A stretch of 64,000 bases of DNA from Octopus sinensis (GCF_006345805.1 NW_021836143.1:124001-188000), one strand, 5' to 3'; shown: positions 1 to 11,639, counted from the first letter of the stretch. The notes: generated by a model from the letters alone, not told the origin. Made by a program: numbers and translations.

Positions 1-102
1 AAACACTGCCAGATCAGACTGGGCCTGGTGCAGCCTTCTTGAACTGTCCAACCCATGCTAGCATGGAAAACGGACGTTAAATGATGATGATGATGATGAT
101 GA
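1..102 (+). mobile_element. Family C retroposon 3' end (RTE-type tail)
   Basis: ccatgctagcatgg palindrome, ggacgttaaa and (ATG)n tail; shared with at least 7 other copies in the window. Confidence 0.8.
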
Positions 103-710
103 CACTAATTATATTTTAGATATTGATATGGGCTTCAGTTCTAAAATGAAACATGTTTGTATATTTACAATGAGGAATCTTTCATTTCTACACTTAGACT
201 TTTGAGAATAAACAATATCTGTTATATGTTTTATTCCAGGTATTGCATTGTGTGGCTCTTCAAGATTCATTGTGTCAAGTAAAACATAAATTATCTCCTT
301 GAATGTAACAGCTTAGAGATAAGCTTTCTACCAATGAATTATTACGATTTATCCACTCAATTCTGCAAAATAACTAGAAATGTCTCAAAGAGTTAAAATG
401 ATTAAAAAGGTGATTATTCAATCCATTTTACATGCACATTCATCTGGTAGTTAAACAAAAAAAAAAAAAAAAACCTTCTATGTGAAAAGTTACCATTTGG
501 TATATCTGAGAGGCAAGTCCCATTAATCTAACATGTCTTAGCCTCCAAGTCTTTCAGTAAGTCAGTGTTTTGATTTATAATCACAGTGGCTGATGCATTT
601 CAGTAGATTCAAATAGCAAAAGTAAACTTATATTAAAGCTACTGAGTAAATTAAATGATATTAACAGAGATACAATTATTTTTTGAACACTGTGAATTTA
701 GAGTAAAGAT

Positions 711-960
711 TTTTGCCAGCATGACATGACAGTCCTGGTTTAGGACGAATGTTGCTGTAATTTAGCCCCAGGAGACATCGTCTCCAGCTGGCTATACGAC
801 ACGATCTGTGTCCTTATATTTTCAAACAAGGGAATCTAGCACCCCCACTCAGTTTAAAACAATATTTGTGTATCGCGATTTCCAGGTTATTTCCTTTCAT
901 CAGCACAGAATAATTGTTCGGCTAGAGGTGGCGCTGCCAAATTCGCATTCAAAATATATA
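711..960 (-). mobile_element. HHR-bearing element, family P1 copy a (Penelope pLTR-like or retrozyme-like)
   Basis: Shares the block tttagcccYaggaRaca...gacac...ctgtgtccKtatRtttKcaaa with 6418-6490 and 38208-38273; CpG-rich relative to background. Confidence 0.7.
860..916 (-). ncRNA. Minimal type I hammerhead ribozyme motif
   Basis: Minus strand: CAAUUAUUCUGUG-CUGAUGA-AAGG AAAUAA CCUG-GAAA-UCGCGA-UA^CACAAAUAUUG. Helix I UGUG/CACA (extendable), palindromic helix III AUCGCGAU; A.G mismatch at the base of helix II. Confidence 0.7.
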
Positions 961-1200
961 GTTTTCAAAGTAATAACTAGTCACTAATCAATAAATTGAA
1001 TTGTGAATTTAGTCAAAAGCAGGTAATTTTGAAGTAAAAGACTTGAAGAATTATAGCATTAAAATAGCGATTTGTGTACCACTGGAAGGCATGATGTTGT
1101 GGTGTTAGTTTGAGTGATCTCTTCAAAGATATGGTGTGTTAAAGACACAATTTTATATCAAAGTGAGGCAGATATCATCTCAGCAAGTGACTCATGAAAA

Positions 1201-1690
1201 CACTAGATATGTTTCAGCCTTGTTGGGTCTTATCAATGACATGTACCTTGCTGTTATGTACCTAGTTGAAATGTGTCCTCTTTGATATTCAATGAACTGA
1301 ATATTCACTGATATTGTAGAAAGCTTGTCAGGCTGAATAAAATTGGTGAATATACACTATTGTTATATGTGATGTGGATTTTGTCTGAAATAAAAATCTG
1401 TTGATAGATGTATTGAAAGCACAATATATATTGAAATGAGTTGAACATTGTCCCAACAGTGATTCGCAAGAATGTCACATGTGTTTTGGCTTTCTTGAGC
1501 ATTGTAAATAATGTAAACTTATTTGTGCACCAAGTTTCATTCAGCCAAGCCAGTGTGTCATTGACAAGGCCAAAAAAGGTCACAATATGTCAAACATTCT
1601 TGTGAGTTACTGCTGGGGTAATGCTCACCTTGCTCCAATATATACTGTGTTTTTAACACAACGTGTACAAAGAGATCTTTCTCTTGGACA
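1201..1690 (-). mobile_element. Decayed Penelope-like element 3' region (GIY-YIG remnant plus degenerate HHR-like end)
   Basis: Minus-strand translation CTRCVKNTVYIGAR* at about 1669-1625 (C..C....YIG). The 3' end reads uUGAUaAGACC caacaa GGcU GAAAC aua UC. Confidence 0.5.
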
Positions 1691-2086
1691 AAACCACAAA
1701 GTCATTTTAATGGTGAATATACATTAGGTACGGTACACAGATGACAGTCTTAATTTAATACAGTTTCAATTGTGTACACTGAGCATATCATTATACTAAC
1801 AGTTAACAATCAACTTAGATAAGATAAAATTTCTAGCTTTATCATATAAAAGTAATGAAAGCTATTTTCCTCTTTGGTAGTTTTGCATTGGGGAAATTGT
1901 AGCATCAAATCATTGCTCTGAAAAACGACCACTAAAGAGTTCAATGATTTGCCTACATAAGTGTTTGAAAGTCATAAGCATTATACGTTGTAAACAAGAT
2001 GTCTTGGTCTGAAAGTTTAGTACACATTCTGCTGTAAAACAGCATCAGGATATCAATTCTACAAACAGAAAATATCTACAATACAT

Positions 2087-2472
2087 AGGAGTGGCTGTGT
2101 GGTAAGTAGCTTGCTTTCCAACCACATGGTTCTGGGTTCAGTCCCACTGCGTGGCACCTTGGGCAAGTGTCTTCTACTATAGCCTCGGGCTGACCAAAGC
2201 CTTGTGAGTGGATTTGGTGGACGGAAACTGAAAGAAGCCCATCGTATATATGCATATATATCTGTGTGTGTTTGTGTGTCTGTGATTGTCTCCCCAACAT
2301 CGCTTGACAACCAACGCTGGTGTATTTACGTCCCCGTAACTTAGCAGTTCAGCAAAAGAGACCGATAGAATAAGTACTAGGCAAACAAAGAATAAGTCCT
2401 GGGGGTCAATTTCCTCGACTAAAGGCGATGCTCCAGCATGGCCGCAGTCAAATGACTGAAACAAGTAAAAGT
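2087..2472 (+). mobile_element. tRNA-headed CORE-type SINE (family A), full length
   Basis: A box tggctgtgtgg, B box ggttcagtccc, CORE-like accttgggcaagt, internal (AT)/(GT)n, tail aaacaagtaaaag. Confidence 0.85.
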
Positions 2473-3390
2473 GTATTCCAAGTAAGAATTCAACCTTTCT
2501 CTATACTTCCACCAGTAAAGGGTCATACATAGATATTGCTTTCTTTCCTGACAAAAAAATAGAGTCTAATAATAATAAGTTGAAATTCTGTCTTTACCAT
2601 ACACATTTTGAATCAGATCATATAATTTATTTATAGATTTTCTTTTCTAAATCATATCAATAAGCTAAATTATCAGACCAAATTAAACCAATGACTCGGC
2701 TATATATCTTGTTTATATCTGAAATTCTCAGTATACATTAAAATGTTTATAAATATGTTTGATAAAATAAATCATAAAAATACAGTTTTTCATTCAATCA
2801 CTGTAAAATTTAACTCTCAAATCTTCCAATTAATAAATTCTCAATAACATAACTACAGGCACATATATCATAACTTTTAATAATGCTGAATTTTATGGTT
2901 ATCTGTGTTCATTGACAGTTTTTGGTGTCATCAGTGGTGACATTGATAACATCGTTGTCATCGTAATCATTTCCTGTGTTTTTCAATGCTAGCACTGGCT
3001 GGTGGGTCTCAAGAAACCATGTCACTTGTCACTGTTTACTTATCCGATACACAGAGCAACAAAGAAAACCAGCCTAGTTTGTTGTGACAACCACATACTT
3101 TTGATCCAGCCATAAGCATCAGAGAAGCTATCTATGAAACGATTAAGAGTTCATTCCACCCTACATCAATTCTTATTCTGAGTTACTGCCCTCCTAGACG
3201 AGTAACCTATAATGTGGATCGTTAAGTACGTGTCTGTCTATGACTGGATGCTTATTCTATCACTAACCAGCTAACAGAAAGTATAGGGTGCATTTTATCA
3301 TGCCACTAGTACTAGAGGGGCTCTATGAGGCAAGATTAGAGAATCTTCTCAATCCTTTATCTGTTCTTATACAACATTACCAACTTCAAA

Positions 3391-3790
3391 GGCGGCAAAC
3401 TGGCAGAAAAGTTAGAACACTGGGTGAAATGCTTAGCAGTATTTCATCTGTCTTTACGTTCTGAGTTCAAATTCCACTGAGGTCGACTTTGCCTTTCATC
3501 CTTTCGGGGTCGATTAAATAAGTACCAGTTACACACTGGGGTCGATATAATCGACTTAATCCGTTTGTCTGTCCTTGTTTGTTCCCTCTGTGTTTAGCCC
3601 CTTGTGGGTAGTAAAGAAATAGGTATTTCGTCTGTCTTTACGTTCTGTGTTCAAATTCTGCCGAGGTTAACTTTGCTTTTCATCCTTTTGGGGTCGATAA
3701 ATTAAGTACCAGTTGCATAGTAGGGTCACTCTAATTGACTGGCCCCTTCCTCCAAAATTTCAGGCCTTGTGCCTAGAGTAGAAAAGAATA
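3391..3790 (+). mobile_element. tRNA-headed SINE family B, one full copy plus a tandem partial copy
   Basis: ggcggcRaRctggcagaa head, gagttcaaattcc B box, gtcgactttgcctttcatcctttcggggtcgat body; the body restarts at 3622. Confidence 0.85.
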
Positions 3791-5939
3791 TTACCAACTT
3801 CCAAAACAGGTAGCTTACAATGTGGCTTGTAGAGACCATATTTCATTCATATGGTTTATTTCTATTTGAAAAAATGAGTGGACACTTTTCTGAATACTGT
3901 ATTATGGCTTTATGTGTTTCTTTTTACCTGAATATGCTAGAACATATGCCATTATATGTCAAACAGAGCAACAAAGTCACAAGTCTCCTACACATAACTG
4001 GAACCCTTGACATTTTTGTAAAATGTAAATCAGCTGTAACTTCTAGAATAAATGTAAGGATGCAGAGATGCAGAGTTTTAAAATATGAGCCAAAATGGCT
4101 ATTACTGTGTAGTTGACAAGTATATTAATAACTGAATAAAGTAACTAGACTCCTATTATTTGGAACAGGCTATTTTTAAAACACACCTGAAACTATTGCC
4201 ACCATCACTACAAGTACTAATACTATTAAATATTGAGAGTTAGAACCCTGCTGACGGTAGGAACTTAGTTCTTTCTCAAGTAAAACACAGAATAGTTGTC
4301 AAAAAGAAACCATTAAATGAATATTATTCTAAAATGTTGTGTTTTGTACATAACTGCTATTCTTGTAACATACAATTTAAGAGAGAAGTAAGAACAAGCA
4401 AATTCAAATGTTTCCCAAAAACTTCAGTGTATCTAAATGAAAAACAAGCTATATTATTCAACCACAGTTGTTAAATGAGAAAAAGAGAGAAAAAAATGAC
4501 GAGCAACCAATGTGATTTCAGAGAAGGGGACAGGGTAGGCAAGTTTGCCAAAAATCCATCTTTAAACATTTGGAGTTGCTCAAATATGGAAAAATGTAAG
4601 AGGAAGAAAAGAGAAAAGAAAAGGAATATAAAACACTAATATTTTCTAAATATCGTTTAGAAGATTTTTTTCTCTTTTTACTCTGGGATGCTATTTTTTT
4701 TACAGATATACTTTGAATTCAATAAGCTATTTTTTTTTAATAATCGTATGATTTTTTTTTTCCTTATACAATACTTCTACTGCTTTTGTCAATTTTGCAG
4801 TTTCTGTATTGTCCTGAAGCTGCTGTTGCCAGTCCAGTAGTTTTGGGGTTAAGTAGAGAAAATATGTGTTATTTGAAACAATATGATTCATTGCTTTAAG
4901 CAAGATCTAAATTTGCAGTGGAAACAACAAAATTCAGGATTGTTCCACTAAAGAACCTCCAGATGTGTCAGTAAAAATAAGAATATAAACAAATGGTTAC
5001 ACGTTTATACATTCCCATGGTGAATCAGTACAATGGTTTTTTTTGTTTTTTTTTTTACAAAACCCCACAAAAATAAATAAATAAATACACATGCTGCAAA
5101 ACAATCCTCTTGACAAAAGTCCTTCACTGAAAGACAAAATACTCAGTTGCAACTTTCAAGAAAATTACAAACTACATTTGCTGATGTTGGCCGCTGTCAT
5201 CAACACTGCCATGACCACCACCACCCAACAACAATTATACCTAATTCTGAGCAATTTTAAACTATCGTTACATTAGTGACAATAGATTAATGTGAAGAAA
5301 GAAAGACGTCTGTCAGTGTATCTCTGTATGTAGACATGTATTCCTCTACTCATCAATCATAACGGTGACTGTTTATCTTTATTAATAAGTAATACATGAT
5401 GTCTGCCCAAGAAAACATTAGAAATACATGAATCTTTCTCTATTTCTCTATTATTTATTTCTCCATTCTGTTAGACTGCCATTACAATGTCTTCAAGTTT
5501 TTTTTTTTTCATGTAAACTATGTGGTGAATCATGAGAAATTTTATCTATAATTCTGATATACACTTGTGCTCTATGAATATGTCTGCTGGAGCATATAAC
5601 TCATGTAAGAATATATTTCGTCATTATGCTTTGAGAGTTAAAATTAATAATGAAAAGTGTGAGATATGAAATAAGAGATAGTTTACATCAAATACATAAA
5701 TAAACATATATATATGTTATTCAGAGTTACTGCACTCATAGAGTGGTCAGAGACCATGCTTCACTCTTACAGTCTATTTTACGGCATAGTTTCTATACTT
5801 GGATGCGCTTCTATACCAGTGAATTTACAGACTGTATTTGAGTGCATTTAATCATAGCCCCATCAGAATAGAGATTATCTTGTATATGTAAGCATAGAAC
5901 AATATATGTTACATGAATATGTTAAATATATGTTAAATC

Positions 5940-6302
5940 GTGGCCGATGCCAGCACCACCTCGACTGGCTTCCGTGTCGGTGGCACGTAAAAAGCACCAT
6001 CCGAATCGTGGCCGAAGCCAGTGCCGCCTCGACTGGCTTCCATGCAGGTCGCACGTAAAATGCACCAATCTGACCGTGGCCGATGCCAGCCTCACCTGGC
6101 ACCAGTGCAGGTGGCACGTAAAAAGCACCCACTACACTCATGGAGTGGTTGGCGTTAGGAAGGGCATCCAGCTGTAGAAACATTGCCAGATAAGACCGTA
6201 GCCTGGTGCAGCCTTCTAGCTTCCCAAATCCCCGGTCGAACCGTCCAACCCATGCTAGCATGGAGAACGGACGTTAAACAATGATGATGATGATGATGAT
6301 GA
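5940..6302 (+). mobile_element. Family C retroposon with about 3 internal repeat units
   Basis: ggtggcacgtaaaaagcacc units, ggttggcgttaggaagggcatccagc, palindrome and (ATG)n tail. Confidence 0.85.
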
Positions 6303-6321
6303 AGTAGCAATGCTAGCTGTG

Positions 6322-6350
<29 letters not shown>

Positions 6351-6352
<2 letters not shown>

Positions 6353-6600
6353 GTTGACAATTGTCGTATACTGTCAACTCAATGTGACATTCCCGTAAGG
6401 GAATTACACCCCCGCCATTTAGCCCTAGGAAACATCGACGTCTCCTGTCGGCTTTGACACATTTTCTGTGTCCTTATATTTGCAAAGGGGAGGCAATCAC
6501 CCCCGCAAGCTGGGACAAAGCACCTGAAGACATGTTTCTGAGTCTATTGCTTGTCGTCAGTTCAGGGTAGCCTGCCTCACTCACTGAGATGACTGCAACC
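6351..6600 (-). mobile_element. HHR-bearing element, family P1 copy b
   Basis: Shared P1 block at 6418-6490; HHR motif at 6523-6566. Confidence 0.7.
6523..6566 (-). ncRNA. Minimal type I hammerhead ribozyme motif (helix II weak)
   Basis: Minus strand: CCUGAA-CUGACGA-CAAGCAAUAGACUCA-GAAA-CAUG-UC^UUCAGG. Perfect 6-bp helix I, palindromic helix III ACAUGU; helix II poorly paired. Confidence 0.6.
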
Positions 6601-6799
6601 TCCTTGCAAATATATCATATTATCAGTAAAATTTATTTACTGATCACCGAAATTAGAAATATTGAATTTCTAAGTGTCTCAGAGAGACATGAGCGGTGGT
6701 AGAGCGATATAGTGGTCGTATATATATTTGTAAAACAAGAATGTGAGTAGAAGGGATCAACTAAATATAAGCACACATGCATACACAATCATATATATT

Positions 6800-6990
6800 T
6801 CGCTGGGCGAAATGCATAGCCGTATTTCGTCTGCCGTTACGTTCTGAGTTCAAATTCCGCTGAGGTCGACTTTGCCTTTCATCCTTTCGGGGTCGATAAA
6901 TTAAGTACCAGTTACGCACTGGGGTTGATGTAATCGACTTAATCCCTTTGTCTGTCCTTGTTTGTCCTCTCTATGTTTAGCTCTTTGCAG
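6800..6990 (+). mobile_element. SINE family B (5' truncated)
   Basis: Matches the other B copies from gggcgaaatgc to aataaagaaa. Confidence 0.85.
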
Positions 6991-7292
6991 GCAATAAAGA
7001 AATTAAAATATATATATACACACACAGGCATAGTTGTGTGGTAAGAGCTTGCTTCCCAACCACATGGTTCCAGGTTCAGTCTCCCTGCCTGGCACCTTGG
7101 GCAAGTGTCTTCTACTATAGCCTCAGGCTAACCAAAGCCTTGTGAGTGGATTTGGTAGATGGAAACTGAAAGAAGCCTGTCTTATATATATTGGTTTTGA
7201 GCCAGCTTAGATTTGAATTAAAGATCGTCTACACCTATATATTTTTTCCTTTCCTTATACTTCATCTATTGATTTTGCAAATACTGAATATC

Positions 7293-8072
7293 TCATCATC
7301 ATCATCATCATTTAGCGTCCGCTTTCCATGCTAGCATGGGTTGGATGGGTCAACTGGGGTCTGTGAAGCTGGAAGGCTTCATCAGGCCCAGTCAGATCTG
7401 GCAGTGTTTCTACGGCTGGATGCCCTTCCTAACGCCAACCACTCTGCGAGTGTAGTGGGTGTTTTTTACGTGCCACCTGCACAGGTGCCAGACAGAGCTG
7501 GTGAACGGCCATGAACGGATGGTGCTTTTACGTGTCACCGGCACGGGGCCAGGCGATGCTGGCAACGGACACGAACGGATGGTGCTTTTACATGCCACCG
7601 ACACGGGGCCAGACAGAGCTGGCAAATGGCCACGAACGGACGGTGCTTTTACGTGTCATCGGCAAGGAGGCCAGCCGAGGCTGGCAACAAACACGAACGG
7701 ATGGTGCTTTTACGTGCCACCGACACGGTTGCCAGACAGAGCTGGCAAACGGCCACGAACGGACGGTGCTTTTACATGTCACCGGCACGTGGGCCAGCCG
7801 AGGCTGGCAATGGACATGAACGGATGGTGCTTTTACGTGCCACTGACATGGGGCCAGACAGAGCTGGCAAACGGCCACGAACGGATGGTGCTTTTACGTG
7901 TCACCGGCACGGGGCGAGGCGAGGCTGGCAACGAACACGAACGGATGGTGCTTTTACGTGCCACCGACACGGGAGCCAGACAGAGCTGGCAAACGGCCAC
8001 GAGCGAATGGTGCTTTTACGTATCACCGACACAGGTGCCAGACGAGGCTGACAGCGGACACGAACGGATGGG
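7293..8072 (-). mobile_element. Family C retroposon with a 10-unit internal minisatellite
   Basis: (CAT)n tail at 7293; standard C body; ten 60-63 bp units starting ggtgYttttac from 7458 to about 8070. Confidence 0.9.
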
Positions 8073-8281
8073 TCACTTAACGCCTGCTTTCTGATATATG
8101 ATTTGATTTTGAGTTCAATTATATATATATATATATATATAATTATATATATTCTTTGCTTGGATTGTAGCAGTAGAATTGGATTCCTGACATCCCTTTG
8201 AAGGATTTCGATTCTCACCTCTTTTACATATATATATATATATGTATGTATAAGTTTGTGTGTCTGCGTTCCCCCCCCCCC

Positions 8282-8513
8282 ACCTATTTCTTTACTATCC
8301 ACAAGGGGCTAAACACAGAGCAGACAAACAAGGACAGACAAACGGATTAAGTCGATTATATCGACCCCAGTGCATAACTGGTACTTAATTTATCGACCCC
8401 GAAAGGATGAAAAGCAAAGTCGACCTCGGCAGAATTTGAACTCAGAACGTAGCGGCAGACGAAATACGGTTAAGCATTTTGCCCGGCGTGCTAACGTTTC
8501 TGCCAGCTCGCCA
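8282..8513 (-). mobile_element. SINE family B, full length, inserted in a family A SINE
   Basis: Reverse complement of the B consensus; ccccccacc repeated on both sides (8276-8284, 8527-8535). Confidence 0.85.
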
Positions 8514-9952
8514 CCATCAAATTTGTCCCCCCACCATTGCTTGACAACTGATGTTGGTATCCCCGTAATTTGTCACTTCAGCAGAAGAGACCAATAGAAT
8601 AAGTACTAGGTTTACGAAGAATAAGTCCTGGGACTGATTTGTTCAACTAAAGGCGGTGCTCCAGCATGATCCCCATCAAATGACGGAAACCAGTAAAGGA
8701 ATAAAAGAATACACGCATGTACATATATACATGCATGCACAACTGGTGTAAAAAGAATCCTTATAGACACCCATAGTCAAATCAATGAATAATTCCGACT
8801 GCATATGAACTTATCTGATGAACACTGTGGAGAAGTGACCAGATAGTAAATCTGGCTATATGTGAAAACATAAAGTTATATGTGGACCCAATGCAGGAAG
8901 AAGCTATTGCAACCTACAGGTATACAGGTGAAATGGCCATTGAGGATATGAAGGCAGAAAAGCAACTAGACAATCAGAAAAAGTCATGGAGATGCCATAG
9001 TATTACATATTGAATACATCACTTTTCAAATTATAGCTAACGGAAATGCTAAAGTAATTTGATTAATGAAAATGTTCTTGCACTACAATTTTCTAAATTG
9101 GCAATAAACCAGATATATTGTTAAATGGGGCATTGAAAACTGTGTAGAATATTACATGAAGTATGTTACAAAATTTAACAAAAGTTATTTTCTAATTGGT
9201 AGTGTGTTGTTTTTCTTTATGACAACTTAAATATTTGTATCAGTTATTTATTGCATAAAAATTCAGTATAGTCTGAGATATAATTTACATACATGCACTT
9301 TATGAATGTGAGTGGTTGTATTTTGAGTTGCAATTACGGGATATCTTTCTGAAGTTTGACAATGAAATTGAAAAGGCAAGCAACACAACATTAAATAAAA
9401 GTTTGATAATAAAAACAGCAATAAGAAAATGAAATTGGTCTCATTCTGTAATCTAAACTGAAGTGTTAAGAAGACTAGCAAAATGCAAAACAACAGGAGG
9501 TAAAAAAAACAGCTTGTAATGAGATAAACTTAAGATTATCTAAGCCAGATTTTCTCAAGGGGAATTCTGAGCTTATCTGGTTCTTAAGAAAGTGTGTGAA
9601 TCTTTTACTGCACATTATACTAAAAATAGCAATTGCTGAAAAATCTGAATTAATATAAAAAATATTTGGAAGGTACTAGATTTCTGACATGTAGCATGAA
9701 CTGTTATAATTTCTGGAAGATTTCAAACAAAATTCTATATTCATGTTATGGTATTGTGGTCGAAAACATCTCACCGAATGTGTTGAATACCCTGCTTTAT
9801 TTAGTGTTCAGATTAATGTGACAAATGTAATGATTATTTGTTCACGTTATTTTGAATTATTCACGTTCAAGAGGAGTGTCCACAATATTTGTTTGTAACT
9901 TTTTTCTTTTTTTTAGATGCAGATTTGAAATTTTGTCAGTGGGTGCTTATAT

Positions 9953-10310
9953 ACCAATGTATGTCATGTCCTTGTCTTTAGAAGTACCCTCTATGCACGT
10001 TATGCTGTAGTCTACATTTCTAGTTCTACAGTTAAAGCCAGGATTAAATCTTGCCTACTATATAGTTATCATTGGTGCATGTGGTATTCTCAAAGGAGTA
10101 TATCCTACATAGTTGAGATCTGACAGAGCTCCCTGGTTTTTCAACGATCTTGATGTTGAGTTTGACCTCCTTCAGAGCTTTCCTAAATTTTCAGGGTAGT
10201 TCTCCATGGGCTCTGGCCACTGTAAACATCACTCCTTGAAATTTGTAGGCCTTGTACCATATGTTCATGCTGTTTACTTTGTCACAAACTCTCTGTATCA
10301 TATTACAGAA
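9953..10310 (-). mobile_element. Penelope-like endonuclease fragment, inverted copy
   Basis: Reverse complement aligns by eye (roughly 80%) to 10390-10737. Confidence 0.8.
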
Positions 10311-10389
10311 TATCCATTACATATAATGCTATCGTTAGATAGCATAATATGTAATGAAACCAGTGGTACCTGCCCTATAAACAGAAGTA

Positions 10390-10960
10390 AAGACTGGAAC
10401 AAGACACAAAGAGTTTGTGACAAAGCAGATAGGGTGAACACATGGTACAAGACTCCCAAATATCAAGGAGTGATGTTTGTAGAGGCCACAGCCCATGGAG
10501 AAATACCCCGAAGATTTAGGAAAGCTCTGAAGAAGGCCAAGCTCAACATCAAGATTGTTGAAAAGCCACAGAGCTCCATCAGATCACAACTATGTAGGGC
10601 GTACCCCTTTGAGTATACCGCATGCACCAATGAGACCTGTGTAATATGTAAGATTAACCTTGGTATTAACTGTAGAACTAGAGATGTAGTCTACAGCATA
10701 AGGTGCATGTAAAGACAAGGACATGACATACATTGGTGAGACATCTAGAAGCATTGTGAAGAGATTAAATGAACATTTGAAACAATATGACAACAAAAAC
10801 AGTCCTCCATACTCAACCAACATGTCAAAGACCAACATGGAGGCACACTGGGTCGACTTGACATTCACATTTTATCCAAGCACCACATACGGGAGTATGT
10901 CCCCATAAATGAAACATCTCCAGTACTAAATAGGAGATATACATAGAATATAATGATACC
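10390..10960 (+). mobile_element. Penelope-like retroelement C-terminal region (GIY-YIG endonuclease), degenerate
   Basis: KYQGVMFVEAT...EKPQSSIRSQLCRAYPF..C...C.IC......NCRTRDVVYSIRCM*...YIGETSRSIVKRLNEH: Cys motif plus VY...YIGET..R..EH; stops and frameshifts present. Confidence 0.88.
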
Positions 10961-10989
10961 CCAATACCCATAGTTTATACATATACAGG

Positions 10990-11410
10990 TAGATTTGTTA
11001 GTAGGCTGTTACATAGATGTATATATATAAGTAGGTAAATGGATATGTAAAATAAGGAGATAGATACATAGGTAATACAAACAGACAAGCACACACACAT
11101 ACACAAAAGACTGAAACACATGACCTTATACAGACATGCACACGTCACACACACACAAGGACACATATGGAGACACACATTGATACATAACAGACACATG
11201 TACATAGTCACACAAACCCATACGTATAGACACACTGAAACATGCACACACATAAACACACGAATATGCAGAATAGATACATACAAACATACACACATGC
11301 ACATAGATATATATATATATAATATATATATATATATATCTATGCATACGCACACATATGCATACATACATGTATACACAAGCACACTAACACACACATG
11401 CACACAAACA
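10990..11410. repeat. Degenerate (AC)/(AT)-rich microsatellite tract
   Basis: Direct reading of the sequence. Confidence 0.85.
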
Positions 11411-11639
11411 AACAAAAAGAACACGGCTCTGATAATGGACAGAGTCAACAACTATTGAAGGGGTTGCGAGAATTTTAAAAAAATTCATAAATGAGTGTAA
11501 ATCATACCGGTGAGTGTGTTAATTAATAAGGCATTAAAACAGAATGACTCTCCCCAGACACAATAAAATATGCTTCAACACATGAATTCACATAAACCAT
11601 CTTGAAAAACAAATATAAAAACGAAACATTTCCTTTGTT

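Larger units (their letters stand above)
7026..8710 (+). mobile_element. Family A SINE split by nested insertions (5' half 7026-7185, middle about 8240-8284, 3' half 8520-8710)
   Basis: The three pieces are collinear with intact A copies. Confidence 0.7.

Noticed and set aside
7458-8070. Array as a possible CRISPR
   Set aside because: Eukaryotic context, no unique spacers, units are wholly homologous and sit inside a retroposon.
7459-8094. Long ORFs (211, 141, 102 aa) in several frames, and similar ones at 28034-28706 and 46827-47308
   Set aside because: They are translations of the GC-rich family C tandem units; periodic, open in multiple frames, no domain signature.
10975-11458. ORFs rich in YI/VC/HT repeats here and across the window
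   Set aside because: Products of (AT)n/(AC)n microsatellites.
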